A DNA stretch of 64,000 bases, taken from Raillietiella orientalis (Eukaryota). A program made the position numbers and the translations under genes. The first letter of the stretch is position 1. Each line of letters begins with the position of its first letter. Below are positions 1-14,195 of this stretch, one piece after another. The notes under the pieces are model-generated. The model made no database searches. It worked only from the letters and a program-made list of their open reading frames with translations, and was not told where the DNA came from. Where the stretch lies: contig JAYWIR010000040.1 of assembly GCA_036172245.1 (NCBI GenBank), positions 1,488,001-1,552,000 of the forward strand. The letters are read 5' to 3'.

Positions 1-3000
1 ATGGAATTGTAATACAAAATTGTACTCTCTCGGATTTCTGTACCCGACTGCATACGAAACCCGTGATCGTTTTCCTCCATGTTGCATGTTACAAGTCACA
101 GTTGGCACCCTTGTTCGTTTGCATGTGTACACGAAAGTACATCCACGTACGTAGAAAAAAAAAGAAAAAAAGAGAGAGAGAGAGAGAGAAAAAAAAAAAC
201 AGGGTTCGTCTTTGTTTAGCATCATTTGCATAAGCTGGATGGGAAATTATGAAATTCTTGTACGCTGCCTACCGAGCTCGGGTAATGAGTACACTCGATT
301 AATGCGATTTCCCAGCATTCCGCCCAAGTGAGAATACAGTTGAGATCAAAGCTGCTTGTATTTTCCATTCGTTTCGAATTACGAATCACCCTGGGCGAAA
401 ACGTCGGTGTGTGTTTGGTTCGTGTCCAGAAGTGGTGGTGGTGGTGGTGGCGGCGGCGTGGGTGTGATCCGAGTGACCGCTGCGTGCACGGCAAAGCGGA
501 ACTCCCATTGCATTTCTCTTCACGACCACAAGGCCTGTTTTTGTATTGATCAGTGTCCATTAATGTTTATTACCTCTATATTGATCATTTTTCATTTTGG
601 AACACGTCCAAGTACGCTTTCATTTCTCTGCTGTGGCAGGAGAAGAAGAAAAAAAAAAAAACGCCACCACCACCACCATTACCACCACCACGGTCAGGCC
701 GCTGTTACGCGGCAAGGAATTCACTTTGAGGAATTTCGGTGTGGTAACCGCGGTTTCCGGGTTTTGTCACGCAAAACGGTTGCTTTTCTCGGGTTCGGTT
801 CGCAGGGGAATGTGGAACTTGGTCAGGCTGGTTCGAACCGTGTCCTGGACACGGGTCGTCCTACAGGGATTCTTCCTACAGGGGAAACCTCGCCTCCGCC
901 TGGGATTGCATTTCAGACTGGACGAGTTCAGGGAATGGGTCCCTTTTGCTTTTGCTTCTTTCATGCCGAAAGTAGGAGGACCCGATCCCTTTCGACGCCA
1001 ACTGCTTTAATAGGTTCCTTCCCCTCCCCCCCCCCCTTCTCCTCCTCCTCCCAGAATTTTCTCTTTCCATAAACTTTGATTACGTTGGTATGAAGAAGGC
1101 AGCTGTATTATCAAATGTAAATACTGCAGCTGCACTTTGTTCTTTAACGATTCGGAAATTGAACAAAGGAAAATATTTATGAAGATAATAATAACTAACA
1201 GCGCTGGTAATGGTAGCGTTCGTTTCGTTCCGATTGCGTGCTCCGGGCATCCTGTAGCTCCGTGGACCACGGCTGTCTGTCGTAGGTTTGACGCACAGCC
1301 GTTGCTAGGGTCGGTTCCTCCTGGGTGATAGCAGCAAAAGTGCTCAGCCCACTCTCACGTCGAAGACGGACGGAATGCTTCCGAATTGGGATGATGGCTG
1401 CACCTGCGGTTGCTGATGATCTCGCTAGGCATTCAGTTCATTCTGAAACGGTCCCCCCGGGTGCTTCGGCTGACCAAGGTGTGTTATTAAGTGCCCGGTC
1501 CCCCGTCGTATTTCGCTGGGAACCCACCGGAGAATCGGCAGGTCGTCAACGAAAGTTTCCCGGATGTGTGCCGCGGAGGACACCTACCACACCACCAGGT
1601 GGCACGCGGATCCTGCCTCCTGCCTCGTGAATATCTGGTGAACTGCCTTGCAGATCTCTCTCTCTTTTGAGGGACGTGCGTGCGCTTTGCCCGTTGCTTT
1701 GCGCTCCCCCAAACCCCAAAGTCCTGTAAACAGTCCCGAACGTCGGTCCAGCATTTTTCCACGGCCCCGGTAGCAGCGCATCTTCTTGTCTAGCGGGGAT
1801 TACATTTTTGTTTGTGTATTTATTTTTTTGCGATGTCCTCCTCGTTTTCTTATTTATTTGCTCCTGCTTACTGTGTGTTTCGTGTTTTTCCCTCGCTGGC
1901 CGAGCGCGGATCGAAAACGGGGGCGGGGGGGGGGGAGGGCCTGGATGGTGTTTCCCTGCCGTGTGTTCCCGTAGCCGTCCACTTTCGGCGAGTGGACGCC
2001 GAAGCGCCGCCGTCGACGTGCATTCGATGTGGAATTTCCGCCGAAGACCCCGAACACCGCGGATGGGAAAGGCGCGTTCCCGGGAACCGGGAGCGTGTTC
2101 TTCCCGGAATTCTTTCGCGGGGATGAAAAGCGGGCGGAAAGCACCGGGCCTGCTTTCTTGTGCTTGAGTTTCCTTTTCATCGTGGCTTTCGCGAGACGCT
2201 CCTGAGATTTCCGTCGCGCTTTCCCCCGTTTTTTCGAGTCGGCGAGGAGCGTGCTCAGAGCAGCGTGTCGTCCCGGATTCCTGAATGACTGGATCCAGCA
2301 AACGATGGAATGATTACGAAAATTGGACGGAGCTTCCCGTCGGATTTTCGTGGAGCCATCGTTCGATGCAGAGGTGCAGACAAAAAGAGGCAGAAGGGGG
2401 GGGGGGGGGAGGGGGATGGATGGATGGATGGAGGCGGCATGGAAGCGGATTTCGGAATCGAGGTTGAGGGGAAAACGTGTGAACCTGGGGGTCGTGCCTT
2501 TGCATACTTTGTTCGGTTATTTTGCGAATTCGGGAATCGTTTCCGTTTTGCCAGGCTTCGCGTGGCGACCGTTTGGGGGTGCGTCGGTACGGCGGTGCTC
2601 ACGTCCGGCAAAAGCGGCGTACGCAGGTCGCACACAAAGAATTGAAAACAAGAGTCGGTCCCCCTGTTCCCGAGCAAGTGCAGAAAAAGAAAGAACGGTG
2701 ATTCGGCTGGATTCTGCGCGAGGAGTGTACTCGGTGTCTCCAGAAAACGAGTACCGTACGGGGTGAGGTTTGGGTTGACGACTGCTGGTTGCGCGGTCCG
2801 CAGCTTCCTGTTTCTTCGTTGGTGTCGGCGGCCGCAAAGAAAGGGACTGCTCGTTCCCCCGAGTGAAGCAACAGTAAATGAATCTTCTTTAATTAGGGTC
2901 CATCGTTTCTGCCGTTCTCATTCCTTGGTCGACATTTCCGGTCCTCTCGCGACGAAAGCATCGTCGCTGTTCCACATTCTGTGTTTGAGGTTTGCGTGTG

Positions 3001-3586
3001 ATTAATGTGCAGTTCCTAACGTCTGCTTGAAATTGACATGGGTTCACTCGATCCTCAAGCATAACGTAGACCATGACAAATGCTGTTTCATTGAATCTTT
3101 CAAGGTCAGGTCTCCAATGCCGTTCCATCCGCTGTTTATTGTGTTGCCATCCAGTTAGGTACAGACGTCCATCGAAAATGCATCGCTTTCATTACCGCGG
3201 ATTGCCCTCCGTCCACAGGCTCCCAGCTCTGTGTTTATATTCACATTGCATTTTACGTACGTTGGCCATCAAGAAGGGCTTTGCACAGATTGGGGGGGGG
3301 GGGATTTTTCCCCACACAAGACTTTTAATTTCGTTAAACACGGTGTTTCGTTAGTTTAATATTCATTCGATTCAAAGGTCGCCATTGATCGTCCACTTGT
3401 GATCCGTTTCGCCCCCCCCCCCCATCTCGAAGGTTACCTCTTCGAATAGCATCGAGGTGCTGTGCCGAAGAAATTTCTGCTGCGTGCCCCCCCCCCGGTT
3501 CATGCAGCAGGGATCACACCGGAGTACATGCTCTAACGGTTGTTCATGTAAGGTGTCATGAAGAAGGTGATGATTTTCACTCTGCT

Positions 3587-3587
<1 letters not shown>

Positions 3588-3622
<35 letters not shown>
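3588..3622. repeat. poly-T tract (35 nt)
   Basis: Direct reading. Confidence 0.95.
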
Positions 3623-3624
<2 letters not shown>

Positions 3625-4044
3625 TTCGTCAGGCAATGTGTGCAGCGGTTTGGCGATTGCTGTGTGTGTGTGTGTGTGTGTGTGTTTTATTTTTTATTTT
3701 TTTTTATACCGGCATCTGACAGAACTGCAATATGGAGAGAGAGGGAGGGAGGGAGAGAGCTCGGTGGCTCCTATAGAGCCAGGAAAAAAAAAAAAAAAAT
3801 CATCCCATTTGCTTTCCTTTTATTTTGAACACCTGTAGAGCCTTTCCATTTTCGTGATTGCTTTCGGAAAGGCAAATTTAAATCAGTTGCACTATCAACA
3901 GTTGTTTCCTTCGACACGAACGGTTGTCTCGAGATATACATGCTTGCTATCTCGCTTCGTGATTTTTGCTGATTTTTGCATTAGATGTAGTGTGTGGTAC
4001 CCATGTGATGCATACTATAATGGCTATTTCTCTTGGTTAGACCG

Positions 4045-4270
4045 ATGAGTTGGCTTTTTGGGGCTGAAAAATCGCACTTACCTTATAATCTGAATCCAGA
4101 ATTTATATGTCCTCATGCAGCGTATCCATATGACGGTAGTTGTCATACCTGCTTTATTCGGCAAAGTGTGCAACGTGAAACGTCATCGCTCCAAAACATC
4201 ACTTCTGTGAGCATCGGCTCGTCCATCGTCTCGTCGCCTCAGCACGTCTATCACTGCATCCAGAATTTCG
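4045..4270 (+). CDS. wge: Putative first coding exon of wge-like gene
   Basis: Acceptor TTAG at 4040, ATG at 4045, donor GTAGGT at 4271; phase 1 matches the acceptor at 6102. No recognisable motif. Confidence 0.5.
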
Positions 4271-7200
4271 GTAGGTACAGCCAGAATCGTGCTGATCACA
4301 GGGAGGGAGATCACGTGTAGCCCCTTTTCCTGAAAAGCAGGAGGTCCTCCGCTCGCGAATGACGGATGTTACCGTGCATTGCAGTCGGAGTTTTGTTTCC
4401 ATGATATGTTTCATGTTGTCATTTTCTAGATGCTGCTGCACCTCGAGCACCCGGGGATCATCCGCTTTGTCGCCAAATTTTTTCACCCCCACCTTCCCCC
4501 CCCCCTTTTTTTTTTTCTTTTTAATATGTGTATGCCATTCAAGCAGCTGTTCCATCGAGGCGTCTTTCATTTCTTTGACCGCAGCTGCTTTATGCGTTTT
4601 CTTGGCAGATTCTGTCCACTCTGTATTTAGAAGGCATGCGCTGCGTTTACACAGTACTTTCCATCTTATGTGTTGTAGAGCTGTTACTTGGTATATCAGA
4701 TTTATAGGTACACCTATAAATATTGGCTCCGCGCGCGTGTTTTTCTTCTTCTATTTCGTTCCCGCAAGTGACTTTCCGAGTAGGATCAAGGGGAGTGGGT
4801 CAAATTTTGAATTTCGAAGCACCCGTGCCCACACCCGTGCTTCAAAAATAAAGTAATGAAAAAGAAACAAAACAAGAGGCATGCATAACTTTCACGGAAA
4901 TGAAATGCGGTTGACATGGGGCCGCGTGTGTATGGTCGCACTCCACGCTGCTCCGAGGCGCGAGTTCCCCATCGGATAGATGCGAACGAGAGCTGAGATT
5001 CATCTCGGAGCCAAAGGGGGATCCTCCAGGAAAGGAGGAAAACAGCGTTCTCTGCCGCGAAACACCGTAACGCCTTCGTAGCATTCTTCGGCCCGTTTCG
5101 TCCCGAGTCGGGAATCGGGGAGGGGGGGGGGGGCTTCGCGAAGGGTTCCCGAGATGAATCGGATTCCGGAGTCTTTATCATCGGTTTCAGTTGAAATCGT
5201 AATCTGTGCGCGGGCTCGCTCACGGGAGACACCCCACGCGCAGGTCACTCGGCGTGGTCAACACGGTTAATGTTCACGAGTCGGCACACCCGGATGGAAA
5301 CCGCGGTCGGCTAATAGGCCACTCAGGCCGCAAGAAGGTGCTCCTGGAATACATTGTAACGAAAAGTCTGGGCGGTTCGATGTCTTCCTGAGACGCGTGG
5401 AGACGCAAAGATAAAGTCGACATGGAATGCGCCGGGAACACAAGAACTCGGGACCGAATTCAGTTAAGGCCATCGAACTTTTCAGCTCTTTACTCGTGTA
5501 GTCGCGTTACTACTATGCATGAGTATGTTGCAGATCTTTGCTTTCGGTGTTGGCACGCGTTTTCGATGAGCTCACAAAAAGGCCGTGGGTGAAAAAGGCT
5601 CCCGGCCCACAGGCGAAAATCATCCTGGGGTCTATTCCGGAGTCTTGGAACCAAATTCCGGTGTTCCAAACCGTCCTTCCTCGAGCCAGGCTGTCCGCGT
5701 CCGTCCTTGTCCGTTGGTCTTCCCGACTCTTTTTGTGTGTGTGTGTGTGTGGGAGACTCCTCAAAGTCCACATGAAGAGAGAGTGTCCTTTTTTTCGGAG
5801 AGAGCTGCCTCGAATCTTCCCAAGGCATTCGGTGAACAGCGAATGGACAGTGCGTCTACTTTGTGTTTGCGGGCTTTTTGGCGTATCCACTGAAATCCAC
5901 GAGCGGCTCACCAATCCGGATCTGCTTCCATGTTTACTTGCATTCGTAACCAGAAATGGACCGTGACCACCCGGGGTTTCCCGAATTCCTCCTTTTTTAT
6001 CCACGGATCCTTCCTAGGATTTTTTTTTTTTTCGTTTTCCTCCGAAGATGGGTGCGGATTTGAAAACCCCGAAATCAACATGTCTTTGCACTTTACTTCC
6101 AGAGAAATATTCATCCATAACTTCAAGTATTCCGGATACACGTGAAGGGAATAATAAGAGCTCCACCATCACGTCGGAGGGCACAAAGTACCTGGATAGC
6201 ATGCACTTTAGGAGGGATACTCCCGTGGATATTGAAAGTTACTTTGCGCCCAGTTTTCATTTGAATGATGTTCCCGCTACCCTGCGGCATAAGGATTTCG
6301 GTACCTATGTGCACACATCTCGATTCCATATGGATCCATTAATCGACGCAAAGAACGAAGTGAATGTTTTTGAGAAATCAGAAACCTTCGTCCCTGATGA
6401 GGAAGCTCTGCCTGCCTACCGTAATTCCTCTCAGACTGCGGAAAGTGGGAAAGCGGTCTTCTCCCACCCCGTGCGCTCCTTCAGTGTCTCGTCGATAATG
6501 TCCAAAGAGATTTCTTCGTTCTCCAAACATTATGTTGCAAACGAATGCGTCAGTAACAGTGGGAAGTGTGCCAGGATCGTGGGATTCTTGAACAGGAAGA
6601 CGAAGGGAAAATGGGATTCTGCATCCAAACCGGAGCACGAATTCGCAAGTGTGGATCCTTCTACTTACCTGACCTCTGTGAACTCGCATACCAATACGTC
6701 CCGTAAAGAAATCTTGGCAGAGTCAGCTGAACATACGAAGTTCTTCAATACTCAGATCGACATGCTAAAGCTGGAAAATTCTACATGGCACTTGAGTAAC
6801 AGTTCTCATGGTAGTTCTCACGAAAGGAAGGGAATGTGTGATCCGAGGCTGCCCGGTAGTGGCTATTCGGATGTATTCGTCGAAAGAAAGTCGTCTTCCC
6901 TGAGGATGCAGCAGTGCTCCACCTCCACATCCCCAGGTAAGAATTTGTGGTGACTCGTGTCCTTTCCCTTTTCTCATCCCGAAACGGTTCGACTTGGTTC
7001 TTTGCAAGGCATGCCGAGTGATTTTTCAATCGTGGGCCTGTTGTGCCGACATGTATTGATGTGACGTGGTTTCCTTCCTGACTTCAAAAAAAAAAAAAAA
7101 AAAAGTTGGGCTGCAAAACGACAGCGCGGGTTTTTCTGATGCAGCAGAGAGTGAGTGAGTGGCTTCGTTGGGACCTCAGCAGACAGCTGGAAAAGCAACT

Positions 7201-7368
7201 TCGACGGCTGCAGAAGAGTTCATGCAGCCATTTGAATACTTTCGGTGGTGCAAATTCTTGACATCCGTAATTTCTTTTATTCAAAGAATTTCCATTAGTC
7301 AGACCCTTAACCTGCGCTCCTGGAAAATTCATTTGCCACGTTCCTCGTTGTTCGTAGGTGTTCACCAT

Positions 7369-7399
<31 letters not shown>

Positions 7400-10300
7400 G
7401 TGAATGAAGCCGTGCCTTGCGTGTCGTTAACAAATTTCCAGGTACGTGATTATCACGGTGAGAATTCTCTCGGTTTTTGGGGAAAAAAATCGGCTCCAAA
7501 TCAGCCCGCCCAACCCGAAATTTGAGCCGTGATCGTTCCTTCCTGTTTTTACGAGAAATGAGTGCCCACTTGTGCTGCTGTTTTTTGAATTACCACTTTG
7601 TGAATTCTCTGCACTCCTATCCCTCCCTCCCTCCCTGCCCCCCTTCCCCTTATGGAATTGTATGAAGTACTCTGAGAAGTCATTGCGTACGGTGTACATA
7701 ATTTAGTGTAAACCTGAGTGGTCATGTCTGACGTCACTTCCTGTAGTTTCATTTTGTCGGGGGATGGGATAAACAGCTCCTCGTGTTTTTTCTTCTGCTC
7801 TCCAGTTGTCAGCATTGTGGTTCGAATGCCATTTTGCTGAACGTGGGGGTGCCATGAAGTGCCGTCGCTTCCTGATTCTCTAAAGCACCCACAGCTAATG
7901 GGGTGGCATTTTACATGGCCTGAAAGTTAACGTCGATGCTGCTGCTGTTCCTCGAAAGGTTTCTTGCTTATTAGTGTCAAATCGCAGCTGCAGTGGCAGT
8001 CCCTGCTTTCCTGCTCAATTTTATTAAAAAAAAAAAAAAAAAAAGGAAAAGAAAAAAAAGACATTGAAAACGTTACTATTTGAATGAACCCCCCCCCCCC
8101 TCCCAATCCCCAAAATTGGATTTGGAGGGGGGGGGGAGAGCTACAGCTTTTTAGTTTACTGAAATTTCAATTTTGATACGCGATCAGTCTGACTGAACTC
8201 GGCTCGCTGGCATCGCACAAGTAGACAAAGCACAGAAGGAGAGGGTAGAGGGGGAAAAAAAAAAAAAAAAATGAAACCGGATATACATACATGTACATCA
8301 TTACAAGAATTAAGATTCGTTGCATTGTGTGCTGCTGCTCCAAGGGGGAGGAGGGAGACCAAGGAACTTTTTCTCAGTCGGGTCCCATGTCTGAAAGGTT
8401 AGCGTTTTGATGCGTAGCCACGGTTGCGCTCTTCTCCGGTGCTTCGCTCCTGGCAAGGGAAGACGTCGCCGGCCCCGTCCCCTGGTGCGTGCTCTTAATG
8501 GGGTGCATCTGGAGCAGTGGTGGTGGTTTTCTTGCAACCAGAGTCGATTGGTTGAGTGTTTACCTCTTCGACTGCCGTTTTGTGGTCAGCCGGTCGCCTC
8601 TTCCAAATCTCTTGCGCGTGGATTGCTGGTTTCATTTGGTGCACATTCCTCCAAGCGTGCACGATTAGCTTGCACTGACCAACGGCCGGGTACAGAAGGC
8701 AAGTGAAAATTGCTTACTGATTGGTAATTGATTTGAACGTCCGTACAGCGAATTCGCGTTTACCTTTGCAAGTGGATCGGCGCGTAGAAGGTTTCCATTT
8801 CACGTGGCAGCTGAAACTCGAAAGTTTGGCATTTCCTGTGCGGGAAGTTTATACTTTGTGGTCTTCTGAGCGTCGCTTTTGGGGGAGTCCCGGCTCATTT
8901 TCAAACCTGCATTCTCGGAACGACCTCTTCCTTATTATTTACTCACGGGACTCGACCCTTTCGGAATTGACCGCCTGGAATTCGGTCATCGTATCCCTTC
9001 CATGTTCCGGTTGTCATCGTGTTTGCGTTTGGATGGAAGTCGTTTTGTCCACAAGTGTGGAAGTGGTTGCGCTCGAATTTGAAAGAGGTCTCTCTCTCCC
9101 TCCCCCCCCCCCCATCTCCCGTTCTTGGTTCCGAAAGTCTTCTTATTTCCATGCAGTGTCTGCAAGCCTTGCTGATCTTGGAAAGGTCGCAGTAGTCGTT
9201 TCCGTAAGAGTGAATGTGGTGCTCGTGAGCCGGAGAAGACTCGGTGGTGGTCGACTCCCATCGAGTTTTGGCTCGGGAGGATCTTCCAGGCTGTAGCAGT
9301 CTTTAGCCACATCTCATGGTAGGATGGAACACGCAGTCACTGGTGCTCGGTGATGAAGCAGGTTGTTTTCTGAATTCTGGATGCTCGCAGAATGCTTCTC
9401 TTTGGAAGTGGAATTTCCAGAATTTCGCACACGAAACATCCTGCGCAGAAACGGTAAAGAGGAACTCTTTTTCTAGGCACCATTATTATTGTTATTTTGC
9501 TTTTTTTTTTTTTTTTCTTCTTCTGATAAAAAGCCTCAAAGATACGGGCACGTGTGCATTCATGTGAAAGTGTTGGATACACTCTCACTACAGTGCATTT
9601 TAGGAGAAATTGCGTCACAACGGGATTAGTCATTCGATTGATAGGAACAAAAGTTCCCGAGGCACATCATTATGCATGTTCTTCTTCTCCTTATTAACCG
9701 GAGTCTCTAATCGCAGTAATCGGTTTGTAATGCACTTTGTGTCATCACTGGTGTTTTTGAACAAGTGACCTTTCCTGTACAGTACTCAAAAAGTCTTCGC
9801 AGCACTTTTATGTGGTTGCATTCGTTATCCAAGGGTTCGTGGTGGTTTCCCCCCCCCCTCATTTGTTAGTGCCTTTTTCTTTTCTTGTTTGCATAGTGTA
9901 AAAAATTGCCTGCAAGTCTACGTAATATTTTCTGTCACACTCGCAAGTAAAGGAATGGATAGTATTTATTATCTTTTGAAAGATATGTGGTTTCTTTAGT
10001 CACTTTGGCTATTGAAAAATTTCCCAGATGATTCCTTTTCGTGGCACGTTTCCAGGGTTTCCGTTCTGAAGCGGTTAATACAAACTAGTGTACATTTGTG
10101 ATTGTACTGTTAGCTACCATTAATAGCATTAGGCGTAGCTGCCAGTTGTTTCGAATCAATTAGGCCCAATAATTTTCGCGATTATGGTCCCACCTGCCTA
10201 TTCCTTCCCCCACTGCTGAAGCCATGCATTTTTGGCCTCATTAGAGGCCACCTCTGATAAGATCCAGTAAAGGGAGAGAGAAAGAAAAGCAGCGATCGTG

Positions 10301-10537
10301 GGGATTTCTTTATTTGCATCGAAACGCTGATCCACGGAATGATGAAACGGATGTTGTTTCTTGATGGTATCTTCAGCACCACTTTCGATTCGGTTTCGAT
10401 TTCATTAAACGGTTGAGGCTCCCTCGTTCTCTTTGGCAGTGTTTGAAATGGTCGACTGTAAATCCAGTGTTCACTTTTTCCCATTTGGAATCTTCAGCTT
10501 TTTCAAATTTGGTTCGGAAAAATGAACTCGTAGTTGC

Positions 10538-10583
<46 letters not shown>

Positions 10584-13500
10584 AGCGAGATAGATAGATG
10601 ATGGGAAGATCCCCTGTTATCGAGGTGTAATTCGTTTTGCATACCTTGGGAGTGCTACCAGATAAACGATCGGGTTTTTTTCCCCCACACTTTCGAAGAT
10701 CTAGGATGATGAGGGAACCACAAAAAGAATGTTGGCTACATTCATGTGGAAAAGGCTCTTGTCGAAACCAGTTGTAAATATTTGATCTGCTTGTCTTTCT
10801 GGTTGTTGTGAATCCCTCAATGCATTTGGATTTATCGCAGGATTTCTGTTTTGAATGCTGGGTTTCCCTTTATGATCCATAAGTGACACTTTTTCTTTAG
10901 GATGGAAATGATTTTTTTTTTTTTTTTTTCCTTTTCGCCCTTGGGTGATGGATGACAAGAGGTCACTCGGAGCCTCTGGAATTCATGTGCATTATTTCTT
11001 GGCGCACCCGTCTGATTTCAAAAAAAAAATAAAAATAAAAAATAAAAAACACACACACATGATCACGAATTTTTGCAGATTTCTAGTGTGTATCAGTCAG
11101 TCTCTCGTTTGCCCGTGGAGGTTCGTCTCTTTATGATTCCCCGATTTCATGCGTTCCGTTTTCCTTTTAACAGGACAGCGCACCTCAGCGTTGGTCCATT
11201 TGCTTTGGACCTTTGAATAACTCGAGGTTTGTGGCCCACACTTTGTGAGGCTATGCGAAAAAGTGTTGCTCGTGGTGGTGTATTCGATACGTTAATCCCC
11301 CCCCGCTTTTTTTTTTCCTTTTTTTTCCCTCTTAGGGTCTTGCCTTTTGGCTTCAAACTATTCCGATCTCGTAATTCCTCATTTCTCCAAGAGCGCGTGT
11401 ACACATGGTACACGGTTTTTTCTGAGCGAACTTCTGCTTATTCGCTGTCACCAGGTTTCATCATTGGCATGCTGAGCAGTCTGTCGGATGGTTTCGTTTT
11501 CTGTTTGCCGTGGGGGATGGTTCTGCCACACAGAAGGTCAGATTGACGGTCACCCGGACTCTCAATCCAGTGTACTTCCAAGTTTCGTTGATGATGGGCG
11601 CAGAGTCTCGGATGATTTCCTTTCCTAAAATAAATCATCGAGAAAGAAATCTTCCATCCATTCATAAGCGTTTTCATCCCCCTCCCTCCCCCCACAAATA
11701 AACACGAAATTTCATGGCAGTAGAAGGTTCCCGTTTCTGTCTGCTTTCATCAATGAAACGATTACATCAGTGAATTCGCTTATGATTACGTTACTCGTTT
11801 TATGGACTGTGTGGACAGGATCATAATTCGGCACAAGGTTGATATAAGTAATGCATCTTTCGTCTGGGAAAGTTCCTTCTTCGTCTCGTTTTGCTCACGA
11901 GAGCCTTGTGTTGTACCTTGAACAATTCTTAAGGCAAGCAGCGTTTCTTTGGTCAATGTTTTTCCATCCATGCTTTACTAAAGTGGTTGGTAGAGTGAGG
12001 CATGAATATGCGCGCGGATGCATTCCGGATGAAATGTTCTGTGGTGTTTTGTCTGTTTCTAAGATGTTTTGTCTGTGATGGAATTCTTTTTTAGAGGTTT
12101 CATCGTTTGTTTGTTTTCTTTTTCTGACTTTGGAAGCGTCGTGCGTGCATCTCGGGAACTCTTCCCCGAAAAGTTCCCTCCAGTGGTGTGCAACTGGGCA
12201 AGCCGCTGCTGTCCTCTTTCGTGCCACAAAGTGCCGTCCTCCCGCTCTTGAACTTCCCATTCTTCTTCGCCTCATCCACCAGCAGCAGCAGCAGCAGCAG
12301 CGATTTCCGTCGACTTTTTTTCCGTTTTGGAATTCTCAGTGGCGGGTGGGGCTGCATTGTAGTTTCGAAACTTTTTCGCCTCTCTCGGGAAGGGGAGAGG
12401 GGGGGGGGACTTCTTCGGACTTTTAGGATGCTTAATTGGTTGATTACCGTTAAGGCGGCAGTGGGCAGTGAGTTTCGTTGCATTCGAAGTGAAATCGGCA
12501 AGTTCTAACCTCGCCGATCGCAGCAGGCACATTTCTGCAGTTTTGAAAAATTCTTCTTCTTCTCCTCCTCCTCCTCGTTGCATCTGTGGGTTGCGATTTA
12601 CTCGTTTGATGACGAGGGAGCCATCATCACTCCCAAGCAAATTGCAGTGCATGCGTCGAATCTTCTTCGTCGCCTTCTCCTTTTTTCGACTGACGTGTGG
12701 CTTGATTGCTCATCTCGAACCGACGATCGTCTGATTCGATCATTTGGGTTTTCATCTGTTCTCCCTTTTCGCGGCCGGGCTGCTGGAAAGAGTGCGTGGT
12801 TCCCTTATTTATTGTCAACGTGTGGTCAATGTGTTTCAGTAAATCTCTCAATCGCACAAAAGCAGTCCACGCATGTAGTCCCCAAACCGAACACGAAAGA
12901 AGCCTGCGCTGCTTTGACATATGAGAAAGCGTACTTCCCAGTTAAACCTGGTACGTACATTCGGAAAAGGGTACTTACTTCATCACCGTTTGAAACTTAG
13001 ACATGGACCATTCAAGTGTTGCTACACAGTTCACTGTTTTGCCCAACGTCATTCCTTGTCACCAAACTACCATATGGATAGGGCAGACGGCACCTACGAG
13101 TAAGAAGATTGGCCTTTTTGTTTTTGTTTTTTTCTTCTCCCGTTCGAAATTCGTTGGAAATTATGGATTTTTTTTTTTTTTTTTTTTGTGCTTTATAGAT
13201 GTACCTCTTCCCTTGCAAGTGAATGCTGCAAATGCCCTCGCAATTCCTACAATTGGGTATCATATTTCTAGGGATCCATTGGTCGGAACTTTGTATCTGA
13301 TTCCTTCTTCACATGTTGGTAAGTGTCTCGAAGATATCATGAGAGTGTTTAAGATACTGTCCTCCTGCAGGAGTGCTACCTTCGAACCTGCTCTGTTATC
13401 CGGTTCCATCGTATCCGGTTCCTTCTAATTTTCAAATTATGGTTCAGCCATCTTTCACTTCCAAAGAACTGGCGAAATCGTTCGACTGTGTCAGCAGCAC

Positions 13501-14163
13501 AGCAGCAGTTTTCAACGAGAATTTGCTCGCTGTAAACCACAAAACCATGGAATCGTCGAATAACTTCATCAGAGAAGTGGCCGTCAACGAGAAGAAGAGC
13601 GACGACTTCACAAGCGCGAATTCCTCTTCCTTGAAAGCAGTGTCGCAAGAAGCCACTTCCTACCGCGTTGCAGTGCAGCGGTCTCAACACGAGGATGAAA
13701 AAAACAGGCACCTGGAAAATTCCAAGGTCCTCACCAAAAGATCGGTAAGCATAAATTCACGAAGCCTTTCCGTGGCGCTCTGCGTGAAAAGAACGCCATC
13801 TGCCCTCGAATAACGGAACCAAACCGTCCGAGGTCCAAGTGACGTTCCTTCATAAATTCTGTATTAAATATGCAGCTTCTTCGTGCTCGGCAGCCGTGTT
13901 CGGATCTAAGCAGAGCCCAGGGCTTCCGATTCATTCTGTGATTTTAGTTAACTGAACGCCAGAATAATTCACGCGCCATGCACTGCGTTCATCTGGCCAC
14001 GGCCTTCCGTGAGTGTTGCTCGAACGTGTGATGATGACGGTCCAGGGCCGGGCCTTATGGCACTCCGGTACGAGATTGCTTGCCACGGCTCTTGGTGACA
14101 TCACGATGGGAACGCTTGTTGCTGGCGTACCGCTTTTCTTTCGTACGCTGCGTGGCGCGCCTC

Positions 14164-14195
<32 letters not shown>

